Source: a virus. Taken from it: a stretch of 64,000 nucleotides of DNA. The position numbers and the translations under genes were made by a program. The notes under the pieces were generated by a model, which saw only the letters and a list, made by a program, of their open reading frames with translations, was not told the DNA's origin and did not search any database. This document shows positions 46,001 through 55,871 of this stretch, one piece after another (within the stretch, counting starts at the first letter, position 1; each line of letters opens with the position of its first letter). Location of the stretch: positions 64,001 through 128,000 of the IMG/VR virus record IMGVR_UViG_3300048838_001106, one strand, 5' to 3'.

Positions 46001-48910
46001 TCACATCAAAGCCAGGGGCGCGTAGCTCAAGTAATCCAGATATGAAATAATGCCAGACGCAGCAGTAGTGCGCCAAACGCTATGCGATATGTTGTAGGCA
46101 GTGCCGGTAGGGGAGTTGTGAGTTATCGTTGCGGAGCCGATCAGTGCCCGAGTGCCAGCGTTCCACACAGTCAACGTCGCTGTGCTTCCAGCCCACGATA
46201 TGTTGATTGTGTACATTGTACCAACTGATATGGCTATTGACGATGAAACCACGCGAGTTCCAGAGGATGCACTCACAAGGTAGACAGTGCCAGAGGACCC
46301 GTATTCAGCCCAAATTCCGTTCAACGGCAATCCAGCGGCGGTGGTTAGGAAAATACCAGTACAGCACACGACAGACGTGGCCGACGGCCAGCGCAGAGTT
46401 GCATTTACTTCGCCAGAGTCCATGACGGCAGCTCGGCCGGCCGTTTTGATCTGCCCGCCAGAGTTAGCAGATGCAACGGCCGCTATTGCAATCACGCCCG
46501 CCGTACCAGTGAAGGCGCTGGTTTGAATGGCCTGTGTGCCAGCGGCGAAAGTGTTGAACCACCAACCAGTGTGAGCCGTGGCCTCGGTAGTGGGTAGCAG
46601 GCCAAAGAAGTCGTTGGAGATTTCGCGGTGCCTTAGAACGAGTTTGCTGGACTCAGTGACGACCTTGATCCCCTGGCTGCCAGTGATGATGTTTTCAAGG
46701 GTTCCAATTCCAGGGATAGTACCATCCACGCTTGATACAAACGCAGAACTGTACACAGCACGAAGAAGAGAGAATACAGTGTCTCCAGCATTGAACAAGG
46801 TATTGTAATCCGTCCAGTCTGCGGCTGCTCGGGAGAAGAATATCTCGGAACCCACCTTGTATTGATCCTGGAATGTCAGATCCGTGCCCGCGTCCAATTC
46901 AAGAACTCCAGCAGGAACAACCCTTAACTTGACCGTGGTCCCTGTAGTGGTAATTGCCTTGTCGCCAGCTCCAGTGAAATTGATCTGCCCAGCAACAACA
47001 CCAATGTCTATCGGGAAGTCGTTGCTGTCGACAGACATCCCCTGCATAAACTCGGCGGAGTTCGTGTTATTAACGATGAAAGTGTCGACGTTCGCAGAGA
47101 ACGACCCAAGTCCGGTAGCTCCAGCCAACAACGACACGCGGGCGATCCCTGCACTGTTTCTGAAAACCCACCCTGTGTTGTGGGCCATGTTGATAGATGT
47201 AGTGGCGCTAGATGTTACGGGAGTCGCGCCCTGATTGTCCACAGCGTTATCAAGCGTCACAATAGACGCAACGTAGCCAGGGGTAAGCCCCACCGAAAAG
47301 GTCTCTCCACCCCCACCACCAGCCGCTTCGGTAAGAGTGATTCCGGTTCCGGCAATCAGCTTTCCATTTAGGTAGCCCGCAGATGAATCGTCAGATGACA
47401 CTTTTACAACCTGGTCTGTATTAACAACGGTGGTTGCTACGGTGAGAGTTTCATTGCCGCCTGGAGACCCCTCAGTCAGTGTGATGCCCGATCCAGCTAC
47501 CAGCTTTCCAAGAAGATAACCCGAGGTAGTATCGTCTGAAGTCACTTTCACAACCTGGTCTGTGTTGGTAACAGTCGAAGCAATGGAAAGCCGCTCCACG
47601 TTCCCACCACCAGGTACGACTTCCTTTGTTACTGTGATTCCTGCCCCCGCTATCACCTTGCTTTCCAGGTACTGAGCCGTGTCATCCGCCGCCGATGTCC
47701 TGACAAGCTGGTCTGTGTTCACGACAGTACATGCCACAGTTAATTTCTCATTCAGGCCATCATCTGTTTCAGTGACCGATATACCTGTTCCCGCTACGAC
47801 CTTTGAAAAAAGATAACCCGGAGTCGTGTCATTTGAAGTGACTTTCGCCAGTTCATCTGTCCCCACACCTAGCGCTGCAATGATAAGTGTTTCATCTAGG
47901 CCATCATCGTTTTCTGTCAATGATACTCCAGCCCCCGCAACCAGTTTTCCAAGCAGATAACCCGAGGTCGTATCATTTGAAGTCACTTTCACAACCTGGT
48001 CCGTGTTCGTAACGGTGGTTGCTACGGTGAGAGTTTCATTGCCGCCAGGAGATCCCTCGGTGAGCGTAATACCAGATCCCGCAACCAGCTTGCCCAGTAG
48101 GTATCCTGACGTAGTGTCATCTGATGTCACCTTAACCACTTGATCTGTGTTCACAATAGTTGAGGCAATAGTGAGCTTTTCGTTTAGTCCGTCATCGGTC
48201 TCTGTAACAGTGATGCCCGTACCAGCAACGACCTTGGAAAGAAGATACCCAGGTGTGGTGTCGTTCGACGTAACTTTTGTAAGCTCATCCGTACCGATAC
48301 CGAGAGCTGCAATGGTAAGTGTCTCCGCTGCCCCATCGTTATTCTCGGTCAAGGACACACCTGCGCCAGCTACCAGTTTTCCAAGCAGGTAGCCAGACGT
48401 TGTATCGTTTGAAGTTACCTTAACATTCTGGTCTGTATTAACAACGGTGGTTGCCACGGTGAGAGTTTCATTGCCGCCTGGAGACCCCTCGGTGAGCGTA
48501 ATACCAGATCCGGCAACCAGCTTTCCAAGAAGATAACCCGAGGTCGTATCGTCTGACGTGACCTTAACCACTTGATCTGTGTTCGTCACGGTGCATGTGA
48601 TAGTCAGGTCTTCATCAGCTCCTTCATTCACCGTTGAAATGGAGATTCCAGTTCCGGCTGCGATCTTACCTTCCAGATATCCAGGTGTCGTATCATTCAG
48701 AGACACCTTTACCAGCTCGTCAGAATCCGCTGGTGCCACGTAAACGTCGTACCAGTTACCTGTGCCGATAATTTTCTCAAGCTGGCTTCTGATGGCGTTT
48801 AAGTCATCCTCAAGCGAAGCCGCTGCTGACTCAAGCGTCACGCCAGATGCGAGAGTGTCATCATAGGTAGTGGACTTGTTGATCTGTGTGCTCTGTTTGA
48901 TTTTCTTCAT
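46001..48910 (-). CDS. Tail fibre / virion fibre protein with ten ~48 aa repeats
   Basis: Repeat TDQVVKVTSDDTTSGYLLGKLVAGSGITLTE...ETLT; beta-rich C-terminal head. Confidence 0.8.
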   Translation of the reverse strand: MKKIKQSTQINKSTTYDDTLASGVTLESAAASLEDDLNAIRSQLEKIIGTGNWYDVYVAPADSDELVKVSLNDTTPGYLEGKIAAGTGISISTVNEGADEDLTITCTVTNTDQVVKVTSDDTTSGYLLGKLVAGSGITLTEGSPGGNETLTVATTVVNTDQNVKVTSNDTTSGYLLGKLVAGAGVSLTENNDGAAETLTIAALGIGTDELTKVTSNDTTPGYLLSKVVAGTGITVTETDDGLNEKLTIASTIVNTDQVVKVTSDDTTSGYLLGKLVAGSGITLTEGSPGGNETLTVATTVTNTDQVVKVTSNDTTSGYLLGKLVAGAGVSLTENDDGLDETLIIAALGVGTDELAKVTSNDTTPGYLFSKVVAGTGISVTETDDGLNEKLTVACTVVNTDQLVRTSAADDTAQYLESKVIAGAGITVTKEVVPGGGNVERLSIASTVTNTDQVVKVTSDDTTSGYLLGKLVAGSGITLTEGSPGGNETLTVATTVVNTDQVVKVSSDDSSAGYLNGKLIAGTGITLTEAAGGGGGETFSVGLTPGYVASIVTLDNAVDNQGATPVTSSATTSINMAHNTGWVFRNSAGIARVSLLAGATGLGSFSANVDTFIVNNTNSAEFMQGMSVDSNDFPIDIGVVAGQINFTGAGDKAITTTGTTVKLRVVPAGVLELDAGTDLTFQDQYKVGSEIFFSRAAADWTDYNTLFNAGDTVFSLLRAVYSSAFVSSVDGTIPGIGTLENIITGSQGIKVVTESSKLVLRHREISNDFFGLLPTTEATAHTGWWFNTFAAGTQAIQTSAFTGTAGVIAIAAVASANSGGQIKTAGRAAVMDSGEVNATLRWPSATSVVCCTGIFLTTAAGLPLNGIWAEYGSSGTVYLVSASSGTRVVSSSIAISVGTMYTINISWAGSTATLTVWNAGTRALIGSATITHNSPTGTAYNISHSVWRTTAASGIISYLDYLSYAPLALM

Positions 48911-50547
48911 TAAAAAAGGTCCGGGTAAGTACGTCTAATCCAAGTGCGCATTTCAGCCTCTTCCTCGTCAGTGATGGTTGCGGGAACAGCCCACATTCCA
49001 TAGAAAAACCCATTCGGAGGAACACCGAAGCCGAGATATTTTCGACCGATGCCAAAAGTGCTTGTGCCTGTTGGGAAACCTGTATTCGCTCGCAATACAC
49101 GGCGCTTGGGCGTAAGTGTCCCCCAGAATGTAACCCCGTCAGCATCTGTGGACAAAGTAAGTAGTGATGCCTCTGCACTTGCATCCTGTGTATCAACAAG
49201 GGACAAATAAGATCCAGCATACGTCTGGAAGTGCGAACCCTGATGACCAAATAAACCAACGCCCGTTCCAGCTAGGTTGTCGTGACCCCAGATACGCACA
49301 TCGGCGCTGAGCGTAATGAATCGAATCAAAACAAACAGTGTAAAGTGGCCACCCGCAAGGGTTGAGAGTCCTGCTCTGACATATTCATCGTTTGACCCGT
49401 CAAGCTGAATGGCGGGATAGCCTATGCCAGCTGCATTTGCACGATAAATTCCTCGCGCCGTACCTGTCGAAGAGAGTGTCATGCCGTTGACTGGCTCTGG
49501 AATAACATCGACAGGATCGCCATCTGCGACTGTTGTGACATAACTTGATTGCCAGTCGTTGACCACAAATGCTGGCATAGGCCCTGGGTCAAGAGTTTCG
49601 AGCTTTGATAGAAGATCGTCAACAATGGCAGTCCGTTCTGGCGTCGTCAAAAGCTTATCAATTTTGATAAGGTCAGAGACCCAGCCATTCATAGAACTAA
49701 GACTATTGTATGACCCGATACTAAGAGAGGCGACCGACGATGTTGTACCTGTTTTCGGCGTTGTGCCAACATCTACGCCGTTGAGTGAAACTATAAGATC
49801 AGTTCCAGTGTAACGCGCGTGCAAAACCTGTGGAGCAATGCTCATGCGAGAGGAAGCTCTTGCATAGACGCCATCAAAACCAAATGCAACACCATGAGGC
49901 GACGCACTTTCGGCTGCAACTAAAAGCCACCCAGCGCTACCGTTCCAGATCCCTGAGACTACGGCGTTCATTTGAGTATCTGTACGAATCTTGACAAGCG
50001 CAAAAATTTCAAAAGGGCCAATGATATCTGCTGCAACGGAGGACGGAGCTGTAAAAGTTACATTCCTAAATCTCACAGCTTCGCGTCCCCTTATATCAGA
50101 AAGAAGCAACGAAGCGGATGGAGACCGCTCAGCCACTAAATTGTTTTCTGTGTTCGAGCGCCAAGATGTTAGTTGGTCGCCTGAAACTATTTCAGAAAAA
50201 CGAGTTCCTGTTTTATTACCTGGGCGGAACCAGAACGCAACGTCATCAAGGTGATCCATGACAGGAGAAAGCTCAATTTCATTACCACCGTCTGAGTCGC
50301 GGAAAACGGTGCCATCCCAATACGCCAAAGCAATACCAACTACTTCATAATATCCAGGAGTAAGAGAAACCTGACTTGCTTCAATCAAAGAAGTAACTGT
50401 AGCAAACGCAATGACACCGCCACCTCCACCCGTTACCGGAGTCCGTCCTACTGCAACCCATTTCACGCCATCCCATCGGTACTTGTAGGCGTATTCGTGG
50501 ACAAACTCTTCATCTAAGACTGGTGCGTTTGGAAAGTTAATTGGCAT
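48910..50547 (-). CDS. Tail fibre/receptor-binding protein with LamG (concanavalin)-like domains
   Basis: N-terminal INFP.P...WDGVKW module; tandem beta-sandwich-like segments. Confidence 0.7.
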   Translation of the reverse strand: MPINFPNAPVLDEEFVHEYAYKYRWDGVKWVAVGRTPVTGGGGGVIAFATVTSLIEASQVSLTPGYYEVVGIALAYWDGTVFRDSDGGNEIELSPVMDHLDDVAFWFRPGNKTGTRFSEIVSGDQLTSWRSNTENNLVAERSPSASLLLSDIRGREAVRFRNVTFTAPSSVAADIIGPFEIFALVKIRTDTQMNAVVSGIWNGSAGWLLVAAESASPHGVAFGFDGVYARASSRMSIAPQVLHARYTGTDLIVSLNGVDVGTTPKTGTTSSVASLSIGSYNSLSSMNGWVSDLIKIDKLLTTPERTAIVDDLLSKLETLDPGPMPAFVVNDWQSSYVTTVADGDPVDVIPEPVNGMTLSSTGTARGIYRANAAGIGYPAIQLDGSNDEYVRAGLSTLAGGHFTLFVLIRFITLSADVRIWGHDNLAGTGVGLFGHQGSHFQTYAGSYLSLVDTQDASAEASLLTLSTDADGVTFWGTLTPKRRVLRANTGFPTGTSTFGIGRKYLGFGVPPNGFFYGMWAVPATITDEEEAEMRTWIRRTYPDLF

Positions 50548-50569
50548 ATCAGGTCGGCGCTCCGGCTGG

Positions 50570-51718
50570 CTAAGTTCGTGGCAGTGGATAACTCAAAAAC
50601 GGAAACGGTACGTCTGCTGGAAACAGAAAACCAATATACCTTGTCCACTTAACGTATTTCTTTTCAGGCACCGGCCCGTCAAAAAAACGCATGTAATGTT
50701 GGCGTCGTGGCCTAGAATCACCTGACCCCATCTCTAAGCAAAGTCCCGGTTTGAGCCAACCCTTAGCGTATCCGGGCGACGCGACTGCGATTTTTCTTGA
50801 TAGCGTCTTATTGTCACCATCCCGCGGAGACGTTCCGTGCTCCGGCACTGCGTTAAGCTCGTCGTTGAACGTGTAATTTTTAATCAGACCGAGCGCAAAC
50901 GCCTTGTCGATGACACCTGACGCGTTGCGTCCGTGGATAACCACATTAACTTCAGCATTCGTTCCACCAAAAGTTTGTCGCTCAATCCACAGCACGCCCT
51001 CGGGATAGGTATCACCGACGTTTACAGGGTCGATCTGGTGAATATCCCCGCACATATACAGGAACCTGGCCTCGGGCACGTCGCTGCCGCCGAACCAGAA
51101 CATTGCAGTGTTTTCCTCTGAATCGAGGACAAGCATCAAATCCAAACCTTCCGTGTTCTGGCCCAAAAAAGCGCCTTCAAAATCAGCACAGCCGTTCAGA
51201 AATCCAACCTGATTCGAGTATGGGTTGATTCCGCCCGATGTCACCATATCAGAAAAGTCGCCACCACCGAGCGCACCTGTCGAATCCCAACCACCTGCAA
51301 ACGTTTTTGTGGTTGCCTCCATGTTTGGGAAAATTACAGGAACCCAGTTTTGAGTCCTGAACCCGTCTGAGCTGTCTATCGTGTACGTTGTGTTTGGAAG
51401 CAGGTAGTCGCCAGCACCCGGATAGGCTGAAGAGCTGCCATATCCACCAATGAGTAGCACAAATTCAAAACCTTCTGGCGATGCGCCGATCATTCTCCTT
51501 ACACGAATGGCGAATGTTCGGTTGCCACCACCGCCAGTGAATGTGGCAATATCTGACACTTGCCAGTCAGCTCCAACGCGCGCGCGAAGCCTGTTGCGAA
51601 AGTCGGCAATCATAGGCCGCATTCGATTTTCTGGCGTTGTTGGATAACTGACGCCGTCCCCGTAATTCCGAATCAAGTAAGCGCCGTCCACTACTAAATC
51701 TGCGTACGCAATACCCAT
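50570..51718 (-). CDS. Putative virion/tail-associated protein
   Basis: 382 aa Gly/aromatic-rich ORF in fibre cluster. Confidence 0.6.
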   Translation of the reverse strand: MGIAYADLVVDGAYLIRNYGDGVSYPTTPENRMRPMIADFRNRLRARVGADWQVSDIATFTGGGGNRTFAIRVRRMIGASPEGFEFVLLIGGYGSSSAYPGAGDYLLPNTTYTIDSSDGFRTQNWVPVIFPNMEATTKTFAGGWDSTGALGGGDFSDMVTSGGINPYSNQVGFLNGCADFEGAFLGQNTEGLDLMLVLDSEENTAMFWFGGSDVPEARFLYMCGDIHQIDPVNVGDTYPEGVLWIERQTFGGTNAEVNVVIHGRNASGVIDKAFALGLIKNYTFNDELNAVPEHGTSPRDGDNKTLSRKIAVASPGYAKGWLKPGLCLEMGSGDSRPRRQHYMRFFDGPVPEKKYVKWTRYIGFLFPADVPFPFLSYPLPRT

Positions 51719-51727
51719 ATTAGCACC

Positions 51728-52039
51728 TCAAATATCCTCTACCGTTGGATAGTAGGTTAGTATCTGTTGATGTGTTGCGGTTGCTTTGGTTGGGTATTGG
51801 AACGATACGCCGTCCCAATATACCATGATCCACTCGCCAACAACCTCGTAATAGCCCGGCGCAAGATCAACTTCTGAGGCGGAGATCAGTGCGCTGACCG
51901 ACGTATATTTAATTGGCACACCTATAGGCTGACCAGGCTGACCCGCACCAACCCACTTCACTCCATCCCAAAAATAGCGTCTGCCATTCAGGGTATAGGG
52001 TGTGCCAATTTCTGGCGATGTTGGAAAATTGATTGGCAT
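51728..52039 (-). CDS. Short paralog of the N-terminus of the 48910-50547 fibre
   Basis: MPINFP...WDGVKW...ASEVDLAPGYYEVVG...YWDG. Confidence 0.75.
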   Translation of the reverse strand: MPINFPTSPEIGTPYTLNGRRYFWDGVKWVGAGQPGQPIGVPIKYTSVSALISASEVDLAPGYYEVVGEWIMVYWDGVSFQYPTKATATHQQILTYYPTVEDI

Positions 52040-52040
52040 A

Positions 52041-52919
52041 TTAGGTCGGCGCTCCGGCTGGCTGGAAGTCGTCCTCAACCCCCATGACGGCTTGTGTGCT
52101 CGTGGTGTGAGATGAGGCGAAATGCTGCATTTTCCGCACGCCACCGACAAACTGGCACGTTCCGGGGACCGCCGTTGGCTGGCGCGTGAAGATATATTTC
52201 ATCATTCCAACTTTTCGACTTGTTGCGGTCGTAACACACGCCACTATTGGCTCAGGCTGATCGCGCCCGCCAATTAAATTCCCGTTGACGTGCCCGCCAG
52301 CAACGGACGCGTATGTGCTAATATTCATACCGAGCTGCACCCAATCTGTCGCCTGAACGCCAGTAGCTGCAACCCGGATTCGGGAGTCTGTGGATGTTGA
52401 CGCACCTGGGAACCATGCATTTCCCCCACCTGCCGTATCAGGCGGCCCAGCCAGAAAGCCTTGCCCTGTAAGGCCGACGGAAGGATCGGTCGAAAACGCA
52501 GGATTGTGAATGTATCCGGCATGTATCCCTTGCGGGTAGCCGACGATCGACGATGCATAATTCGCTGTGAAAATCGTGAACGCGTCGCGCCATTCGTGGA
52601 ACTGCCAGTAGGCCGTATTGAACGGAATTGCGTCAGTCGCACCAGACGCCATTGCGCTGATTCCGGTGCCCGAGCCGTCGGTAATTGTGCCGCTAGGATC
52701 AATTCGCATTGTGACGTTGTTTGTTGAGCGCACGAACAGATATTGTGACGTGGTGTCGCCAAGAAGCTGGCGCACAACAAAGCCGGTGTCAGACGTCTGG
52801 AATTGAACTTCCCAATGAGTCGACGTGTCGAATTTATTACGTAGCGCCACAAACGCGTCGGCGGCCACGCCGCCAGTGACGAGGTATTTGTGGCTTTTGG
52901 TTGGTTGCATTGATGCCAT
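52041..52919 (-). CDS. Putative virion/tail-associated protein
   Basis: GAGGAG RBS, Thr/Gly-rich 292 aa. Confidence 0.65.
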   Translation of the reverse strand: MASMQPTKSHKYLVTGGVAADAFVALRNKFDTSTHWEVQFQTSDTGFVVRQLLGDTTSQYLFVRSTNNVTMRIDPSGTITDGSGTGISAMASGATDAIPFNTAYWQFHEWRDAFTIFTANYASSIVGYPQGIHAGYIHNPAFSTDPSVGLTGQGFLAGPPDTAGGGNAWFPGASTSTDSRIRVAATGVQATDWVQLGMNISTYASVAGGHVNGNLIGGRDQPEPIVACVTTATSRKVGMMKYIFTRQPTAVPGTCQFVGGVRKMQHFASSHTTSTQAVMGVEDDFQPAGAPT

Positions 52920-52929
52920 ATTCTTCTCC

Positions 52930-54261
52930 TCAGCTCAGTTCAAAATCGCTGTACATATCAGGCGCTAGTGTTGTGTCTTCTTCAGGGGCAAAATCAGTAA
53001 AGTCAAAACCCGCTGACAGACTTGAATACATGCCGACAGACAATTCAACACACTCCACAGCATCACTAACGATAAAAAAATCAAGAGTGACCTCATCACC
53101 CGATTCAAGATCTCCAAGCACTGTCAATGTTGTTCCGGCCAATTCCCAATCTGTTTTGTCGATTCGAACACCGTTCACATACACTGCAACATAACCAGTG
53201 TAAGGTGTGTCGCTAAGATCAAAAGTCTTAGGGCCACCCGCATAAACAGCATTGTCTTCGACAGGAACAAGGTTGACTCCATCAGTAACCTGAATTGCAA
53301 TGACCCATTGAGCCGAATCACCATCGTCATACCAGATGAACGTATTGCCTGATTCATCATCGAACCAAAGCTGGCCGGGTTCAGGGTCAAGAGGTGGTGT
53401 TCCAGCGATAGGGACAAGAGCCTGTGCCTCAAGGGACTCAAGCCACTCAACCTCGGTACCAATGAAGCCATTTGCAACCGCAACTTCGTACGCTGAGTCA
53501 CCGTCTGCACCAGCGGGGCCAGTAGCACCCGTAGCACCAGTAGCCCCCGTAGCCCCAGTAGCACCAGTAGCCCCCGTAGCACCCACCAATGAGTCGAGCC
53601 AGTCCAGCTCAGTACCGACAAAGCCATTTGCAACCGCAACTTCGTACGCTGAGTCTCCGTCTGCACCAGCAGCCCCCGTAGCCCCCGTAGCCCCGGTAGC
53701 ACCCGTAGCCCCAGTGGCACCCACCAATGAGTTGAGCCAATCCAGCTCAGTACCGACAAAGCCATTTGCAACCGCAACTTCGTACGCTGAGTCTCCGTCT
53801 GCACCAGCGGGGCCAGTACCCCCGCCTCCTCCAGATGACAATAAGGCCCAGCCAGACCCATCAAACACTAGCACAGACGAGCCGTAGTCAGTGCTTATGC
53901 TGAGCGTGCTCTGTCCATCTATCAGGTTAGACCCACCGGACACGGTTATGTTGTGTGTTTCTCCCGCCCCTCCGACATCTTTTACTACAACATACTGGCC
54001 TTCAACAGCGTCGTCAGGAAGTACTACGCTAGAGGCAGCAGCGATTGTGGCCGTATCTACGAACACAAACACGTCTGTTAGGCCGACGGTGTAAGGCGTC
54101 TCAGCAACAACAGTGCTTTGCACGAGGTCCCCGATTTTCAGGGATTCGATGCCTCTGTACAGCTCACGCGCTACTAGCGTCCAGTTTCTGCGGTCAGGAA
54201 TTCCACGGCTGCTTAGAGCGGCGGAGATGTTCATTCCGATGGTCTTGTAATCGAGTGGCAT
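52930..54261 (-). CDS. Collagen-like tail fibre protein
   Basis: (GAT)n triplets with three SAYEVAVANGFxGTExxWLxSL repeats; PxxGQLWFD module. Confidence 0.85.
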   Translation of the reverse strand: MPLDYKTIGMNISAALSSRGIPDRRNWTLVARELYRGIESLKIGDLVQSTVVAETPYTVGLTDVFVFVDTATIAAASSVVLPDDAVEGQYVVVKDVGGAGETHNITVSGGSNLIDGQSTLSISTDYGSSVLVFDGSGWALLSSGGGGGTGPAGADGDSAYEVAVANGFVGTELDWLNSLVGATGATGATGATGATGAAGADGDSAYEVAVANGFVGTELDWLDSLVGATGATGATGATGATGATGATGPAGADGDSAYEVAVANGFIGTEVEWLESLEAQALVPIAGTPPLDPEPGQLWFDDESGNTFIWYDDGDSAQWVIAIQVTDGVNLVPVEDNAVYAGGPKTFDLSDTPYTGYVAVYVNGVRIDKTDWELAGTTLTVLGDLESGDEVTLDFFIVSDAVECVELSVGMYSSLSAGFDFTDFAPEEDTTLAPDMYSDFELS

Positions 54262-54348
54262 GTCTAACACCTTCTCTCGTAGTATACGCGACAATAGCGT
54301 CGTGCGATACATTGACGCGACATACTGTTGTGGCGTAATGTCTACCAC

Positions 54349-54783
54349 ATGAGTGACATCACGCAGATATTAAAACTGGCAAATCTTCTTTCAGGCTACA
54401 CGAAAAGCCCACTGTCAGGAGGCGCATCGACACCTCCTCCAGCAGCAGGGTCTATGAAAACAGTGGAGCCTATCAAACCGGTAGCTCCTCTAGTGGCACC
54501 TAAGAGCGCACCGGCTATGCCAACGTCGCCATTGCCGCCACCAGCCAGTTCAAGCAGCGCGCCAATGACTACACCTAAGATGCCTCAACTAAAAACTACA
54601 ACTGGACCGTCTCCTGCGGCAACTAAGTCAGCTGGTCTGGGGCCTCCACCAAAACTGTCACTAGATTTCCCATCCAGGAATACCGTGGCGCCACCGAAAC
54701 CACCCAAGGCGTTCAAGCCAGACACGAACAAGATTAAACCAGTTAGTCCATTCCGTAAGGGAACATCGTCTGGGTCTACCTGA
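54349..54783 (+). CDS. Pro-rich low-complexity protein (ILKLA / TKSA motifs)
   Basis: ORF filling the gap before HU. Confidence 0.55.
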   Translation: MSDITQILKLANLLSGYTKSPLSGGASTPPPAAGSMKTVEPIKPVAPLVAPKSAPAMPTSPLPPPASSSSAPMTTPKMPQLKTTTGPSPAATKSAGLGPPPKLSLDFPSRNTVAPPKPPKAFKPDTNKIKPVSPFRKGTSSGST

Positions 54784-54806
54784 TTGAAAATAGAAAAAGA
54801 GCTGAC

Positions 54807-55115
54807 ATGAAATCAACACTTAACAGGCGCTCCGTAGCAAGAGCTATCGCATCTAAGCAGGGCATGTCTATTAACGCAGCCGAGGATGTTATTGATGCAC
54901 TCATTGAAGAACTGTCCAGACACCTTTGCAGCGGAGGACGCGTGTCGTTCCGGGGCTTGGGAGCTTTTTCGGTGTACGATCGAAAGACCGACAAATCGTA
55001 CATCGACATTGCCACTGGCGAGAAAAAAACAGCGCCTCCTAGATCCTATATCAAATTCACCGTCAGCAAGAAATTGCAAGACCGCGTACGGAGACACCGA
55101 CATGAACATCCCTAA
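54807..55115 (+). CDS. hup: HU/IHF family DNA-binding protein
   Basis: V.FRGLG.F....R......I.TGE....P....KF..SK.L. Confidence 0.85.
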   Translation: MKSTLNRRSVARAIASKQGMSINAAEDVIDALIEELSRHLCSGGRVSFRGLGAFSVYDRKTDKSYIDIATGEKKTAPPRSYIKFTVSKKLQDRVRRHRHEHP

Positions 55116-55317
55116 AGATCAAGAAGACAAGCTCAAGGCGTTTGAAGAACTTGTGAAGAAAGCGCAGCAGTGCGTGGTGGGAGCAGTGTATTCCAAGTAT
55201 GACCAGTCTTCGATCAATTACGACGAAGCTAGAGTAGCCTTTCTAAAGGCAAGCACAGAGTTTCTTCGTGTGTGTGTTCCGGCGGACACAGATTACAACA
55301 ATCAAGCTATACAATAA
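55102..55317 (+). CDS. Hypothetical protein
   Basis: GGAG RBS. Confidence 0.55.
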   Translation: MNIPKDQEDKLKAFEELVKKAQQCVVGAVYSKYDQSSINYDEARVAFLKASTEFLRVCVPADTDYNNQAIQ

Positions 55318-55457
55318 CTGAGCTCCGCAAGTGGTATAAGAATATGGTAGAGCAATCACGCACTGCCATTTTCAGCCAGAGGCGCACATGTTTGCAGCAA
55401 CAACAACTTGGATCGAAATCGAGCCGCCGCCAGAAGCGTAGGTTCAACAAAGACAAG

Positions 55458-55488
55458 AAAAAAGCGTTTACGGCGTAAACGCTTTTTT
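55458..55488. terminator. Bidirectional intrinsic terminator
   Basis: AAAAAAGCGTTTAC-GGC-GTAAACGCTTTTTT between convergent genes. Confidence 0.8.
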
Positions 55489-55490
55489 CT

Positions 55491-55871
55491 TTAGCTCGCG
55501 TCATCGAACGGGTTTGCCATAACTTCTGGTGTCTTAGAGAACGGCGTCCATGCCCTGCCTCGCGCGCCTGTGAGCGATATGTAAGCGCCTCGATTCTCTG
55601 GATTAGGGTCCATGAACCCTAGATCGTACTTCTTCCCGCCTGGGCGTGCCACTTCCACAATCTGAAGGTCGGCGGTCATGATACCGAGCTCACTACACGC
55701 GCGAGAGATAGCATCGTCGATTACTTTGTTGTCGGCGTGCGTTGCGCCTGAATTGATAAGCAATTTTTGAAGAAGTTTGTTGAAGGGAATGAGAGGGATT
55801 ACTGTTTCTGCGCGACTCATGCGATCTCCTTTGAAGGTACCTGCGGTACGGATGTGTTTGTGTAAGACCAT
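55491..55871 (-). CDS. Hypothetical protein
   Basis: ORF with AAGGAG before MSRAET (start probably 55820). Confidence 0.55.
   Translation of the reverse strand: MVLHKHIRTAGTFKGDRMSRAETVIPLIPFNKLLQKLLINSGATHADNKVIDDAISRACSELGIMTADLQIVEVARPGGKKYDLGFMDPNPENRGAYISLTGARGRAWTPFSKTPEVMANPFDDAS

Larger units (their letters stand above)
50529..52063. repeat. 43 bp direct repeat (50529-50571, 52021-52063) spanning gene junctions
   Basis: 3 mismatches in 43 bp; both copies cover ...PAGAPT-stop followed by MPINFP. Confidence 0.85.

Noticed and set aside
50549-50572. TAG aligned to CAG(Gln) in a duplicated junction, suggesting genome-wide TAG-to-Gln recoding (genetic code 15)
   Set aside because: Long structural and lysis genes are intact under code 11, many genes end cleanly in TAG, and no suppressor tRNA is in the window
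46001-54261. Diversity-generating retroelement or invertase shufflon acting on the fibre genes
   Set aside because: No reverse transcriptase or recombinase in the window, no TR/VR pair with adenine-only mismatches, and the repeats are direct
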